64,000 nt of DNA from the human T2T-CHM13v2.0 reference genome, Homo sapiens. The DNA lies in assembly GCF_009914755.1 (NCBI RefSeq), contig NC_060930.1; one strand, written 5' to 3'. Below the pieces are notes generated by a model. The model saw only the letters and a program-made list of their open reading frames with translations. It was not told the DNA's origin and did no database searches. Positions 63,727-64,000 of the stretch are shown here, piece after piece (the stretch's first letter is position 1; every line of letters begins with the position of its first letter). The position numbers and the translations under genes were made by a program.

Positions 63727-64000
63727 CCACAGAGGGAGGGACTGAGAGGTCCACGCCTGGCTCTCCACCATCCTCCATGGAAAACACTTCAGTTCCTAGA
63801 AGATCAGCCTGACACCTTACACACTGTCACCATCCACAGACGGAGGGACTGAGCGGTCCACACCTGGCTCTCACCATCCTCCTTGGAAAACACTTCAGTT
63901 TCTAGAAGAAGATCAGCCTGACACCTAACACATTCTTACCATCCACAGATGGAGGGACTGAGTGGTCCATACCTGGCTCTGCACCATCCTCCATGGAAAA
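63727..64000. repeat. Minisatellite, ~107-109-bp unit, at least 2.5 copies, runs off the window
   Basis: CCACAGA.GGAGGGACTGAG recurs at 63727, 63834 and 63943. Confidence 0.9.

Noticed and set aside
63727-64000. CRISPR-like repeat-spacer array
   Set aside because: Whole units repeat with no unique spacers; eukaryotic minisatellite

Overview
Human (primate) genomic DNA, recognisable as the TTLL2-TCP10 interval of chromosome 6q27. The + strand carries TTLL2 (3 coding exons, 592 aa, tubulin glutamylase family). The - strand carries TCP10 (also called TCP10L3): 7 coding exons give an open 353-aa product, and the first, non-coding exon lies beyond the window end. The main hidden signal is four further - strand exons (51848-51443, 48334-48250, 40049-39932, 38933-38672). 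They splice in frame into a CENPJ/CPAP/SAS-4-type TCP (G-box) domain, giving an ancestral product of about 526 aa. That domain has been uncoupled from the gene: a 5'-truncated L1PA sits inside one exon (16-bp TSD), and the connecting donor reads GC rather than GT. The last three exons are still open. Also present: a twin-primed, 5'-inverted L1PA2 nested in ERV1 LTRs and an old L1M in TTLL2 intron 1; a MAD2L1 processed pseudogene inserted into an old L1MA; an orphan CpG island abutting a Tigger1; and many Alu, MER and LTR elements. Gene and repeat-family names are recalled from memory, not from database searches.
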